From contig JAFSUD010000065.1 in the NCBI GenBank assembly GCA_017445405.1, positions 28,404-92,403 on the forward strand: DNA of 64,000 nucleotides, written 5' to 3'. The translations under genes were made by a program, and so were the position numbers. Of the stretch, positions 14,499 to 23,067 are shown piece after piece. The notes beneath the pieces are model-generated. The model worked only from the letters and a program-made list of their open reading frames with translations. It did no database searches and was not told the origin of the DNA. Source of the stretch: Synergistaceae bacterium. GTDB taxonomy: Bacteria > Synergistota > Synergistia > Synergistales > Aminobacteriaceae. Within the stretch, counting starts at the first letter, position 1; every line of letters starts with the position of its first letter.

Positions 14499-15933
14499 GG
14501 AACTCCAAGAGACACTAGCCGCCGAAGAGCGCGCGATGCATTCACTAGTAGCGTTCCGAGAGACGTTCATCCCGTCGAAGGATGATGTACGCCCTGCGCC
14601 GTTTCATGAAGAGTGGAGCAAAATCCTCTTGGAGGGCAAGGAGAACTTTGCGATAGAGGCGTTCCGAGAGAGCGCGAAGACGCAGATAGTAATCCGAGCA
14701 AACCTTCTTCACGCGCTGACATACCCGCAGGAGCACCGCAGCTACCTAGTGATAATCTGCGCCACGCAGACGCAGGCGAGCAAGAAGCTGGTAGAGGTAT
14801 CGCGTGAGTACATGGCGAACGCTGCGATGAACGGCCTGATGGAGAGTGTTAGGGACAACTCCGGGCTAGCGTTAGAGGTGCATTACCGCAACGGAGCGAA
14901 AGTGAGGATAGAGGCATACGGTAAAGGAGCGGCAGTACGAGGTCTCTCGTGGGGAGCAAAACGACCCGACCTAGTGATAATCGATGACCCGCAAGATAGT
15001 GAGGACGCGCGTAGTGAGGCAGTAACGACGAGCGACTGGGACTGGTTTCTCTCAGACGTATATTTCTTGGGAAAGAACACGAGAATATTCCTAATCGGGA
15101 ACAATCTCGGAGAACGCTGCATAATAGAACGAGTAATCAAGTCAAGCGAGCTGCTGAACTTCACATCGAGGCGCATCCCGATACTGACGGAGGATGGCAA
15201 AAGCGCGTGGCCTTCGAAGTGGCCTCTGAGGGAGATAGAACGTAGCCGTGATAACGCCGCCCTACTAGGGAAGACGGACATCTGGTACAGGGAGAGGATG
15301 TGCGAGACAATCAGCCCCGACAGCCAGAAGTTCAAGCGACAGTATTTCAGGTACTACGAGAAAGCCCCCTCGCCGCGCGAGCTGAACATCTACACAGCGG
15401 TAGACCTAGCAATCAGCCAGAAAGCGAACGCCGACTGTTCAGCAATAGTAACAGTAGGGGTAAACAAGGAAGGGCACTGGTTCGTGCTAGATGTGGAGTA
15501 CGGGAGATATGACCCAAGCACGACAATGGACGCGATATTCAGTGCAGTGAAGAAGTGGCGGCCTTTGTGCGTAGGAGTAGAGGCAGTAGCCTATCAGGCA
15601 GCCCTGCAGCATTTCTTGGAGAAGGAGATGCCGAAACGCGGGGTATTCTTCCGCATCCAGCCGTTGAAGGCTGAGAAGAAGAAGGAGCTCAGGATAGACG
15701 CGATACAGCCGCGATTTGTGGTAGGGACGGTTTGGTTCAAGGCTCGTGCCTCGTGGCTGGACAAGATAGAGAGCGAGCTCTTGGCGTACCCGAACGGAGC
15801 GCATGATGACGTGATAGACGCGCTGGCATACATGGAACAGATGACAAATGAGCCGTTCGATAATGGATATGACAAAGATTATTACGGAGGGAGTGAAACA
15901 GATGAATGGAATCCGATAGCTGGGATGATGTAA
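14482..15933 (+). CDS. terL: Terminase large subunit
   Basis: ATPase motifs (AFRESAKTQ, Walker B LVIIDDPQDSED) and C-terminal nuclease motifs (YTAVDLAIS..., HDDVIDALAY). The start (GTG 14482) is uncertain. Confidence 0.85.
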   Translation: MELTAEELQETLAAEERAMHSLVAFRETFIPSKDDVRPAPFHEEWSKILLEGKENFAIEAFRESAKTQIVIRANLLHALTYPQEHRSYLVIICATQTQASKKLVEVSREYMANAAMNGLMESVRDNSGLALEVHYRNGAKVRIEAYGKGAAVRGLSWGAKRPDLVIIDDPQDSEDARSEAVTTSDWDWFLSDVYFLGKNTRIFLIGNNLGERCIIERVIKSSELLNFTSRRIPILTEDGKSAWPSKWPLREIERSRDNAALLGKTDIWYRERMCETISPDSQKFKRQYFRYYEKAPSPRELNIYTAVDLAISQKANADCSAIVTVGVNKEGHWFVLDVEYGRYDPSTTMDAIFSAVKKWRPLCVGVEAVAYQAALQHFLEKEMPKRGVFFRIQPLKAEKKKELRIDAIQPRFVVGTVWFKARASWLDKIESELLAYPNGAHDDVIDALAYMEQMTNEPFDNGYDKDYYGGSETDEWNPIAGMM

Positions 15934-17885
15934 GGATAGTCTCGGACAAAGAGACGGAGCAGGACAAGAAGGTAAAGAAGGCGGTGCTTGCGGACATCCA
16001 GAGAGCTAATGACTTTTTCACATCAAAGATAGAACCAGTGCTACGAGTTAGACACAAGATATATGAGGCAGACCGAGAGTACTACAAACAGCGTTTCAGG
16101 AACACGGCGGCGCAGAGCGACTTTGTGAGCTTTGACTTCTGGAGCATGGTGCAATGGGCAATTCCGAACGTGATGAACTCATTTTTCGGGAGTGATGACG
16201 CAGTAGTTATCGTAGGGCGCAGTGAAGAGGACGTGCCGCGCGCGGAGGTTCTGAAGTCGTTAATTAACTTCCAGCTGATGACGCAGAACAAGGGCTTCTT
16301 GGTGCTGTGGGACTGGTTCAGCGACGCATTCGAGTACAATCTCGGAGCAGTAAAAATTTGGTGGGAGAGAGTAGAGGACTGGCAGGACGAGCACCTGGAG
16401 TACGTAGACGCAATGACGCTGTTGCAGATGCAGATGAATGAATGGTGTCAGATAGAGTACGCGCTCGGGCCAGACTTGCTAGGAAACTATCAGATAGGCT
16501 ACCGAATAGGACGGCTGAAGAGCAACAAGCCTGTGATAGAGCCAGTGAGGGTAACAGACCTGCGCTGGTCTCCAGAGGCCAAGAGCCTGAAGGACGCGAA
16601 CTTTGTAGCACACCGACAGGCAGTAACAGCCGACCACCTTCGCAGACAGGCACAGCGCGAGGTGTATGACCCTGAAGCAGTAGAGAAGGCCATAGAGAAA
16701 GCAGGCAACGGAGGGATAATCTATAACTCCTTCGAGACAGAGCTGAACGACGAGCTGAATACGCGCCCCAATGAGGAAGATGATGCGCGCTCGCTGTATG
16801 AGCTGTATGAATGCTATGTGAAGGTAGACATCAATGGCGACGGAATGCTTGAAGACGCGATAGTCTCAGTGGTTGGGGACGAAATCCTGAGAGTGATGGA
16901 GAACCCGTACAACCGAGTACCGATATTCACGCTCTCGCCAGTGCGCGACCCGTTCAAGGTGCTTGCTGATGTATCTCTAGCGGAGATAGTAGGCGAAGTG
17001 CAGACAATCAAGACCGCGCTGATGCGCCAGCTGTTGGTGAACACGGTGAACATAAACAATCAGCGATGGTTCATCGACGGTAAGGGAGTAGACGTGAAGG
17101 ACATCCAGCAGGGTCGCCAGTTCATCAAGGTGAGCGGCAACCCGAGCGCGATAGTGTATCCGTTCCCCCAGCAGGGGATAGCCCCCTGGACTATGAACCT
17201 GTTTGAGTACCTCGAAGGAGCACTAGAGGAATGGACAGGACGTAGCCGATACAACCAGGGCTTGAGTAGCAAGACGCTGAACAAGACGGCGACGGGAATA
17301 TCGCTTCTCCAGCAGGCAAGTGAACAGCGAATAGACTACATAGTGAGGGTGTTCGCGGAGACGGGAGTTGGAGAGGTACTGCGTTTCTTGGTGGAGCTGA
17401 ACCAGAGGTATATAGACCAGCCGCAGGTGATACGACTGCAGAACACGATGCTAGAGGTAAGTCCCGATGACTTGAAAGGCGAGTTCGACATAGATGTGAA
17501 CACTGAGGCCGGAATAGGGAAGAGGAAGCAGACGATAGAGAACCTGCAGGTGTATCTTGCCAGCTTGGCGCAGACAGGTATCCAACTTGGAGCAATAACG
17601 CCCGCTGAATGGGCAATAGCGGCACGTAAGCTACTGCAGGAGAGCGGTATCCGAGATGCAAGCCAGTACGTGAAAGACCCCGAGCAGGTGAAGCAGGAGT
17701 TCTATACGGCGATGATGCAGCAGATGCAAGCTCAACAGGCACAGGAACAGGCAGCGCAAGAACAGGCGGCACTAGAAGGACTGCAGAACGCGGCGAAACA
17801 GCAGGCAGTGCTAGGGAAGTTGCAGGCAGCGGCTCAGCAGGGAGGCGGGTATGTTGCGCCGAACTTAGGAGGGCTGCAGTTATGA
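15906..17885 (+). CDS. Portal protein (659 aa)
   Basis: Position immediately after TerL with an overlapping start. Size and Q/A-rich C-terminal tail (QQMQAQQAQEQAAQEQAA) are typical of portal proteins. Confidence 0.8.
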   Translation: MESDSWDDVRIVSDKETEQDKKVKKAVLADIQRANDFFTSKIEPVLRVRHKIYEADREYYKQRFRNTAAQSDFVSFDFWSMVQWAIPNVMNSFFGSDDAVVIVGRSEEDVPRAEVLKSLINFQLMTQNKGFLVLWDWFSDAFEYNLGAVKIWWERVEDWQDEHLEYVDAMTLLQMQMNEWCQIEYALGPDLLGNYQIGYRIGRLKSNKPVIEPVRVTDLRWSPEAKSLKDANFVAHRQAVTADHLRRQAQREVYDPEAVEKAIEKAGNGGIIYNSFETELNDELNTRPNEEDDARSLYELYECYVKVDINGDGMLEDAIVSVVGDEILRVMENPYNRVPIFTLSPVRDPFKVLADVSLAEIVGEVQTIKTALMRQLLVNTVNINNQRWFIDGKGVDVKDIQQGRQFIKVSGNPSAIVYPFPQQGIAPWTMNLFEYLEGALEEWTGRSRYNQGLSSKTLNKTATGISLLQQASEQRIDYIVRVFAETGVGEVLRFLVELNQRYIDQPQVIRLQNTMLEVSPDDLKGEFDIDVNTEAGIGKRKQTIENLQVYLASLAQTGIQLGAITPAEWAIAARKLLQESGIRDASQYVKDPEQVKQEFYTAMMQQMQAQQAQEQAAQEQAALEGLQNAAKQQAVLGKLQAAAQQGGGYVAPNLGGLQL

Positions 17886-18106
17886 CAGATGTACTTCATG
17901 TGATAGCGGATGTACTGTTGCTGGTAATAGTAGTGTGGTACGACCGGCGAATAGAACAGCTAGAGGCTGATAGCGAGGAATATGAAGCCCATCTAAGGAC
18001 GTTAAGGCGGAGGCTGGACAGTCTTGCGGAACGAACGCCGCCTGTAGCTGGAGGAACGTCGGGCTGGCATGAATTGTGGTGTGCAGAGCCGACATGCGAG
18101 GCTTGA
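17882..18106 (+). CDS. Small N-terminally TM-anchored coiled-coil protein (74 aa)
   Basis: ATGA overlap with the portal stop. VIADVLLLVIVVWY hydrophobic helix, then a charged helix. Confidence 0.5.
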   Translation: MTDVLHVIADVLLLVIVVWYDRRIEQLEADSEEYEAHLRTLRRRLDSLAERTPPVAGGTSGWHELWCAEPTCEA

Positions 18107-18202
18107 TTAACAAGAGCGGGTAGTCTTAATTCAAAAATCGGCGAAAATTGAACTAAGACGAGCAAAAATACTCTCCATATTGCAATTTCAGGTAGATACC
18201 GA

Positions 18203-18230
18203 TTACAACATCATGGACTAAAGGTATACT
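18203..18230 (+). promoter_or_regulatory. Sigma70-like promoter of the Panacea moron
   Basis: TTACAA (18203-18208)-N16-TATACT (18225-18230), 25 nt upstream of the first Panacea gene. A 12-bp inverted repeat (18123-18134 / 18148-18159) lies just upstream. Confidence 0.35.
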
Positions 18231-18254
18231 TCAAAGAGAAAGGATGTGTGTAGT

Positions 18255-18689
18255 ATGCTGAGTATCTTTGATGTAGCCGCATATATTCTCGAACGTTGCG
18301 GGGCAATGTCAGCAATGAAGCTCCAAAAGTTGTGTTATTACTCTCAGGCATGGAGCTTGGTGTGGGATGATGAACCGCTGTTCCCCGAACCGATAGAAGC
18401 GTGGGTCAATGGACCTGTTATCCCAGTTCTTTACAGTAAGCATAAGGGTATCTTTAAGATTGAAGTCGGAGCAGTTGGAGGAAATCCCGATGCTTTAAGC
18501 GACCGCCAGAGAGAAACTGTTAATGCGGTATGCGATGCATATTCCCGCATGAATGCGCAGGAGTTAAGCGACCTTACGCACTCCGAGCAGCCATACATAA
18601 GAGCAAGGAGAGGGCTGGAACCTTTTGAGAGAGGGCATGAGGTTATCTCTTTGGCGGATATGTCAGAATACTATTCCAGTATCCAGTAA
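18255..18689 (+). CDS. Panacea/SocA (DUF4065) domain protein, copy 1
   Basis: FDVAAYILERCGAMSAMKLQKLCYYSQAWSLVWDDEPLFPEPIEAWVNGPV is the canonical DUF4065 N-terminal pattern. Confidence 0.85.
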   Translation: MLSIFDVAAYILERCGAMSAMKLQKLCYYSQAWSLVWDDEPLFPEPIEAWVNGPVIPVLYSKHKGIFKIEVGAVGGNPDALSDRQRETVNAVCDAYSRMNAQELSDLTHSEQPYIRARRGLEPFERGHEVISLADMSEYYSSIQ

Positions 18690-18799
18690 TGGGACGGGAC
18701 AAGGATATATGATTAAGGAATAATCATCGTAGTGAACGCTCAGTACGTAAGAGCGAAGTTGATTATTCTTCTCTCCCCGTATGCTGGCAGTTTTCCTTA

Positions 18800-19120
18800 A
18801 TGGATATGTCTGGTCCTTTTTCTTGTGCAGATATTACGCTCGACGAGTGGCGGCTTATCCTAGACAAGATGCGGCTGTGGGAGAAAATGACATGGCATGA
18901 AATAGCAGGCAGACGAGACCACGCTATCGAGGTTGATAATATCAGCCCTGAAGCGAAGAAAAGGTTAATCGAGCTTCAGCTTGATGATATTGACGAAGTG
19001 TTTTCTCTTCATATAGATGGCATTAAACGTTTGTTTGGCATAAGGGATAGACACATCTTCAAAGTGCTTTGGTGGGACAGAGAGCATAAAGTCTGCCCAT
19101 CGTATCTGAAGCATACGTGA
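18800..19120 (+). CDS. Unknown 106-aa protein between the two Panacea genes (candidate toxin/effector)
   Basis: ORF track. No domain recognised. C-terminal RLFGIRDRHIFKVLWWDREHKVCPS. No clear RBS at 18800, and an alternative start at 18887 (GGGAGAAA-ATG) is possible. Ends 14 nt before Panacea copy 2. Confidence 0.6.
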   Translation: MDMSGPFSCADITLDEWRLILDKMRLWEKMTWHEIAGRRDHAIEVDNISPEAKKRLIELQLDDIDEVFSLHIDGIKRLFGIRDRHIFKVLWWDREHKVCPSYLKHT

Positions 19121-19134
19121 GGACGGTGAATAGT

Positions 19135-19572
19135 ATGGCGACAGTATTCGACGTAGCGAAATATATTCTGAAACGTCAAGGAAGTATGTCATCATGGAAG
19201 TTGCAAAAGCTCTGTTACTATTCACAGGCATGGGCTTTGGCATGGACTGAACATGAGCTATTCCCAGAGGACTTCGAGGCATGGAGCAACGGGCCTGTTT
19301 GTTCTGTACTTTTCAGAGAGCACAAGGGGCTGTTTATGGTTAATGCCTCAGACATCACCAAAGGCACGCCAGAAAATCTTACCCACGATGAGCAAGATAC
19401 TGTAGACGTAGTATTGCGGGACTATGGCGGCATGTCTCCCTATGAGCTGCGCGAGCTTTCTCACAGTGAAGCTCCATACATAGAAGCCAGACATGGTTTG
19501 CCCGACGGAGCACGGTGCAGTTCAGTAATCTCGAAGGCATCAATGGGAGCTTTTTACCGAAGGAGGCCGTAA
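19135..19572 (+). CDS. Panacea/SocA (DUF4065) domain protein, copy 2, C-terminus replaced by IS insertion
   Basis: FDVAKYILKRQGSMSSWKLQKLCYYSQAWALAWTEHELFPEDFEAWSNGPV. After codon Tyr (19555-19557) the frame enters the IS left end and stops after RRRP. Confidence 0.8.
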   Translation: MATVFDVAKYILKRQGSMSSWKLQKLCYYSQAWALAWTEHELFPEDFEAWSNGPVCSVLFREHKGLFMVNASDITKGTPENLTHDEQDTVDVVLRDYGGMSPYELRELSHSEAPYIEARHGLPDGARCSSVISKASMGAFYRRRP

Positions 19573-19659
19573 AGCCCCTAGCTTCAGCTATGGGGATATA
19601 AGGCCTTTATCTTTTAATATTGCTTTGTATTATTTATACTATTCTTATATAATACATGC

Positions 19660-20064
19660 ATGCAATATAAATCTAATCGTAATATCGTTTATTCCTGCAA
19701 ATATCATGTCGTTTGGTGTCCTAAGTATCGCCGTAAAGTCCTCGTCGAGGCAGTTGAGACTAGGCTTAGAGAACTCATTATCTCCATGTGTCGTGAGTCC
19801 TCCGTTGAACTACTTAAACTTGAGATTATGCCTGACCATGTTCACTTGCTCGTTGATGTTGACCCCCAGCTTGGTATCCATACTTTGATAAAGAAGCTCA
19901 AAGGCAGGACATCAAGGCTGCTCAGGCAGGAGTTCCCATACCTTAAAACAAAGTTGCCTACGTTATGGACGAACAGCTACTTTGTCTCAACCGTAGGCGG
20001 AGCACCGCTAAAGATAGTGAAGCAGTACATAGAAAGCCAAAAGACAAGTCAACGGCAGAAATGA
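19660..20064 (+). CDS. tnpA: IS200/IS605 Y1 (HUH) transposase TnpA
   Basis: YHVVWCPKYRRKVL, HUH motif DHVHLLV, and catalytic Tyr context WTNSYFVSTVG. Confidence 0.92.
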   Translation: MQYKSNRNIVYSCKYHVVWCPKYRRKVLVEAVETRLRELIISMCRESSVELLKLEIMPDHVHLLVDVDPQLGIHTLIKKLKGRTSRLLRQEFPYLKTKLPTLWTNSYFVSTVGGAPLKIVKQYIESQKTSQRQK

Positions 20065-21221
20065 AAACGTTTCGCTTCAAGCTATATCACTCTGACCATA
20101 ACAGTGCATTGATGAGACAGATTAACATCGCTGGCCTCATATATAACCATTGCATAGCCCTGCAAAAGAGATACTACCGGCTGTTCGGCAAGTACATCAA
20201 ACCCTATGCTCTGATGAAGCACCTGACGAAGCTGAAGCGCACAAAACGTTTTGCGTATATGCGCCAGCTTGGGTCGCAGGCAGTGCAGGATGTGGCAGAG
20301 AGAATAGACCGTGCCTATAACCTGTTCTGGTCGAACCTGAAACGCAAGGTTAAGTGCTCGCCGCCAAAGTTCAAGGCTGTCCGCCGCTACAAATCGTTCA
20401 CGCTGAAGCAAGCGGGCTGGTCTCTTGATGAGGCTTGTGGACGTATTCGCTTGGGCAAAAGGTGGTACGGATACTTTCAGAGCCGTCGTATAGAGGGCAA
20501 AGTCAAAACGGTAACGGTGAAGCGTGATGCAGTAGGAAATATATACGTCTATCTGTGCTGTGATACTCAGTCTGTGCCGGTCGAGACACGAACGGGTAAG
20601 AGCGTCGGTTTCGACTTCGGGCTGAAACAGTTTCTCACAGCGAGTGATGGACAAGATATAACTTCACCCGATTTCTTCAAGCAGAACGTAAGAACAATAA
20701 GAACCAAATGCCGCGCACTCTCCCGCAAACAGAAAGGATCTCATAGCCGAGAACGTGCCCGCCTTGAACTGGCTCGTGCCTACCGCAGAATGGAGAACCA
20801 GCGCAAAGATTTTCACTTCAAGCTGGCCCGGAAACTCTGTGAGGAGTATGCGTGTATCTGCCTAGAGACGCTGAACATCAAGGGGATGGCGCGTTTGTTG
20901 GGACAAAAGATACACTCTCTAGGCTTCTCGGAGTTCGTGAAGATTCTTGAGTACGAGGCATCAAAGTTCGGGACGCAGATAGTCTTTGTGCCGCCGTTCT
21001 TCCCGTCCTCTCAGCTGTGCAGTGCCTGCGGGTATCAGAATCCTGATGTGAAGAATCTCAAAGTTCGTGAGTGGACTTGTCCGCAGTGCCATACGCACCA
21101 CGAACGGGACAGGAACGCGGCCAAGAATATATTGATGGCAGGGGCATCAGCCATTAGCGGAGACGCAGTAAGCCCGGAGCAATCCGGCAGTGTTGTAGAT
21201 GCTAGAAGCCCCCGCCTTTAG
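20061..21221 (+). CDS. tnpB: TnpB RNA-guided endonuclease (OrfB_IS605 + zinc ribbon)
   Basis: ATGA overlap with tnpA. RuvC triad contexts VGFDFG, ICLETLN and ERDRNAAKNI. Zinc ribbon CSACG...CPQC. Confidence 0.92.
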   Translation: MKTFRFKLYHSDHNSALMRQINIAGLIYNHCIALQKRYYRLFGKYIKPYALMKHLTKLKRTKRFAYMRQLGSQAVQDVAERIDRAYNLFWSNLKRKVKCSPPKFKAVRRYKSFTLKQAGWSLDEACGRIRLGKRWYGYFQSRRIEGKVKTVTVKRDAVGNIYVYLCCDTQSVPVETRTGKSVGFDFGLKQFLTASDGQDITSPDFFKQNVRTIRTKCRALSRKQKGSHSRERARLELARAYRRMENQRKDFHFKLARKLCEEYACICLETLNIKGMARLLGQKIHSLGFSEFVKILEYEASKFGTQIVFVPPFFPSSQLCSACGYQNPDVKNLKVREWTCPQCHTHHERDRNAAKNILMAGASAISGDAVSPEQSGSVVDARSPRL

Positions 21222-21239
21222 GCGTGGGGAGTATGTCAA

Positions 21240-21332
21240 TGGGACAGCATAGCCGAACCAGTAAGCATAGAGGAGCTAGAACGGGTACTAGAAGAGCTAG
21301 ATGCAGATATACCCGACATAGAACAAAGATAG
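21240..21332 (+). pseudogene. Displaced 3' end (30 codons) of Panacea copy 2
   Basis: Joining 19557 to 21240 keeps the frame: ...MGAFY|WDSIAEPVSIEELERVLEELDADIPDIEQR*. Confidence 0.65.
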
Positions 21333-21356
21333 CACTCCAGCAATGGGGTGCTTTTT
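21332..21356 (+). terminator. Rho-independent terminator closing the moron
   Basis: GCACTCC (21332-21338) pairs with GGGGTGC (21345-21351), followed by TTTTT. Confidence 0.6.
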
Positions 21357-21373
21357 CATGCACAGGAGGCAGA

Positions 21374-21454
21374 ATGGGAATAGCGGTACGTATCCCCGCA
21401 CTGGGGCGCGTAATAGAGTGGCTTCGCAAGAAGCTGAGGGAATTAGGTTACTAG
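21374..21454 (+). CDS. Possible 26-aa peptide MGIAVRIPALGRVIEWLRKKLRELGY
   Basis: AGGAGG 5 nt upstream of ATG 21374. It is the only plausible part of the 21224-21454 track ORF. Confidence 0.3.
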   Translation: MGIAVRIPALGRVIEWLRKKLRELGY

Positions 21455-21469
21455 AGAGGAGAGGTAGCT

Positions 21470-21769
21470 ATGGACACGAGAGAACTGAGGACGCTTGAAT
21501 ACAGTCCCGAACGTGAGCGCGAAGAACTAATGGCGCAGGCGGAGCAGGGACGGCGGTACAGGGTAGCGAACGATGTGCTCGACGAGATATTCGTCGCTCA
21601 GAGAGAACACGTAATCCGCCAGCTGGAGAGTGCCGACCTGCACTCGGACAATGACGCAATAGGGCTGGTGCAGTATCTTCGGGTACTGAAGATATTTGTA
21701 GACACGATAAGAAGCCGGATAGACAGCGGAGAAATCGCAGAAAAGGAGTTGATTAATGATGGCGACTAA
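21470..21769 (+). CDS. Hypothetical head-module protein (99 aa)
   Basis: ORF track. GAGAGGAGAGG RBS. Confidence 0.7.
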   Translation: MDTRELRTLEYSPEREREELMAQAEQGRRYRVANDVLDEIFVAQREHVIRQLESADLHSDNDAIGLVQYLRVLKIFVDTIRSRIDSGEIAEKELINDGD

Positions 21770-21956
21770 GAAGGCAATCGAGCTTGATGCAAGGTTGGAA
21801 GCAATAATCCGTGAAGAATACGCTGAGTTCAAAACATATCTTCCAATGCCGCAGGAGAAGGCAATGTATGACCGTAAGCAGAATGAGTACTGGGACAGGA
21901 TACATGCGCGCGTAAAGGAAGGAGAGCTTATCGATGGACGAACAGCAGACGAGTAG
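21756..21956 (+). CDS. Hypothetical protein (66 aa)
   Basis: ORF track. Overlapping start and stop with both neighbours. Confidence 0.6.
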   Translation: MMATKKAIELDARLEAIIREEYAEFKTYLPMPQEKAMYDRKQNEYWDRIHARVKEGELIDGRTADE

Positions 21957-22884
21957 CTGGTCAGTGGAGGCGGACGGCCTTGTATACAGTGAGGGAGAAG
22001 CGAGCGTAGCCGAAAGTTACGCCCCCGAACCCGAATCCGAGCCCGCCCCAATAACGAGCGACAACGGTAATGTAAGCCTGAACGAGGACGGAGAAGTAGA
22101 GTTCCGTGATGAGTTCTTCGGAGACTTGGGACTAGATGAGCCCGAACGTCCCGCAAGGTACACAGAGCAGGAGCTTAGGCAGACCCCGTACGAGCAGTGG
22201 GACGAAAGCCGTCTGGAAGGCGACGTTAAGGACTACATCCCGATAGTGAGGGAGCAGATGCAGCGTCGCCAGATAGAGGAGCAGATGGCGCAGCGTTCGC
22301 AGACCCCGCCGATGTTCACCGCCCCCCAGCAGTACACTCCGAAAGAACTCGCCGACGACGCACAGAAGCTCGCCTGTGAAAGGTTAGGGCTTGAAGACCC
22401 AGACGACTTTGACGAATACGAGAGCGAGCACCGAGCGGCACTGAGCTTGGCGATGCAGGAGCTCTCAAACCGCCGCACAGCTGAAATAGCGCAGTATCAG
22501 AGGATGTCGAACGACTACCAGCAGCTGCAGAACTTCAACGCCCAGTTAGTAAGGCAGCCAGACTACATGGAGTTTGACCGCTGGTTCACGGGCAAGCTGC
22601 AGGAAGCTAAGGTAACCCCTGCACAGGTGAACGCCGGACTGATGGAGTACGCGAGGCAGAGCGGAGGAGACTTCCGCAGTATTCAGGGAGTGCTGTCGAA
22701 TTGGTATCAGGAGTTCCGTGCAGAGCAGGGCAGAAACCGTCCTGCACCGCGCAACCGTCCTCCTGTACTTGAGGGAGCTGGAGGAACGTCGTACGAAGGC
22801 CGCCGTAGTGTGGACATGAGGAAGTTCAGCAGCATGGACATGGACGGACAGGCAGAGGCATTGATGAGGATGGGCTACGCGTGA
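21934..22884 (+). CDS. Scaffolding-protein candidate (316 aa)
   Basis: Acidic, helix-rich, low-complexity protein lying upstream of the major capsid gene. Called by position and composition only. Confidence 0.55.
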   Translation: MDEQQTSSWSVEADGLVYSEGEASVAESYAPEPESEPAPITSDNGNVSLNEDGEVEFRDEFFGDLGLDEPERPARYTEQELRQTPYEQWDESRLEGDVKDYIPIVREQMQRRQIEEQMAQRSQTPPMFTAPQQYTPKELADDAQKLACERLGLEDPDDFDEYESEHRAALSLAMQELSNRRTAEIAQYQRMSNDYQQLQNFNAQLVRQPDYMEFDRWFTGKLQEAKVTPAQVNAGLMEYARQSGGDFRSIQGVLSNWYQEFRAEQGRNRPAPRNRPPVLEGAGGTSYEGRRSVDMRKFSSMDMDGQAEALMRMGYA

Positions 22885-22894
22885 GGTGATAGCA

Positions 22895-23065
22895 ATGGAT
22901 GAGGAACTGAAACCCTGCCCGTTCTGCGGCAGTATCCCCGAAGTCTGTGAAGCGGAGAATGACGGTGAACTACTGAAGATGGTAGCGTGCCTCAATTGCG
23001 GAGTATCGACGTTTGCCAGCGAGGACGAAGCCAAAGTGATAGAAGCATGGAACAGACGGGTGTAG
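22895..23065 (+). CDS. Lar-family restriction-alleviation protein (56 aa)
   Basis: Below the ORF-track cutoff. KPCPFCGS...ACLNCG...EDEAKVIEAWNRR matches the Lar pattern (CPFCG, CxxC, A..WN.R). Confidence 0.7.
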   Translation: MDEELKPCPFCGSIPEVCEAENDGELLKMVACLNCGVSTFASEDEAKVIEAWNRRV

Positions 23066-23067
23066 CA

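Larger units (their letters stand above)
19558..21239 (+). mobile_element. IS200/IS605-family element (IS608-like, tnpA + tnpB), apparently intact
   Basis: Flanked 5' by TTAC (19554-19557). Left-end (LE) hairpin CCCCTAGCT-tc-AGCTA(T)GGGG (19575-19595). Right-end (RE) hairpin CCCCCGCC-ttta-GGCG(T)GGGG (21209-21229). TCAA (21236-21239) ends 10 nt after the RE hairpin. Confidence 0.85.

Noticed and set aside
14883-17772. Long antisense ORFs inside terminase and portal genes (14883-15335, 16318-16653, 17191-17772, minus strand)
   Set aside because: They lie opposite strongly supported genes, have Ser/Pro/Arg/Leu-biased composition typical of antisense frames of GC-balanced genes, and have no RBS.
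20082-20654. 190-aa minus-strand ORF inside tnpB
   Set aside because: It is antisense to a TnpB gene with all catalytic motifs intact, and no independent support was seen.
21224-21454. 76-aa ORF downstream of tnpB
   Set aside because: Its GTG start lies inside the IS right-end hairpin. The frame crosses the displaced Panacea fragment and a terminator. Only the last 26 codons, which have their own AGGAGG, are even plausible.
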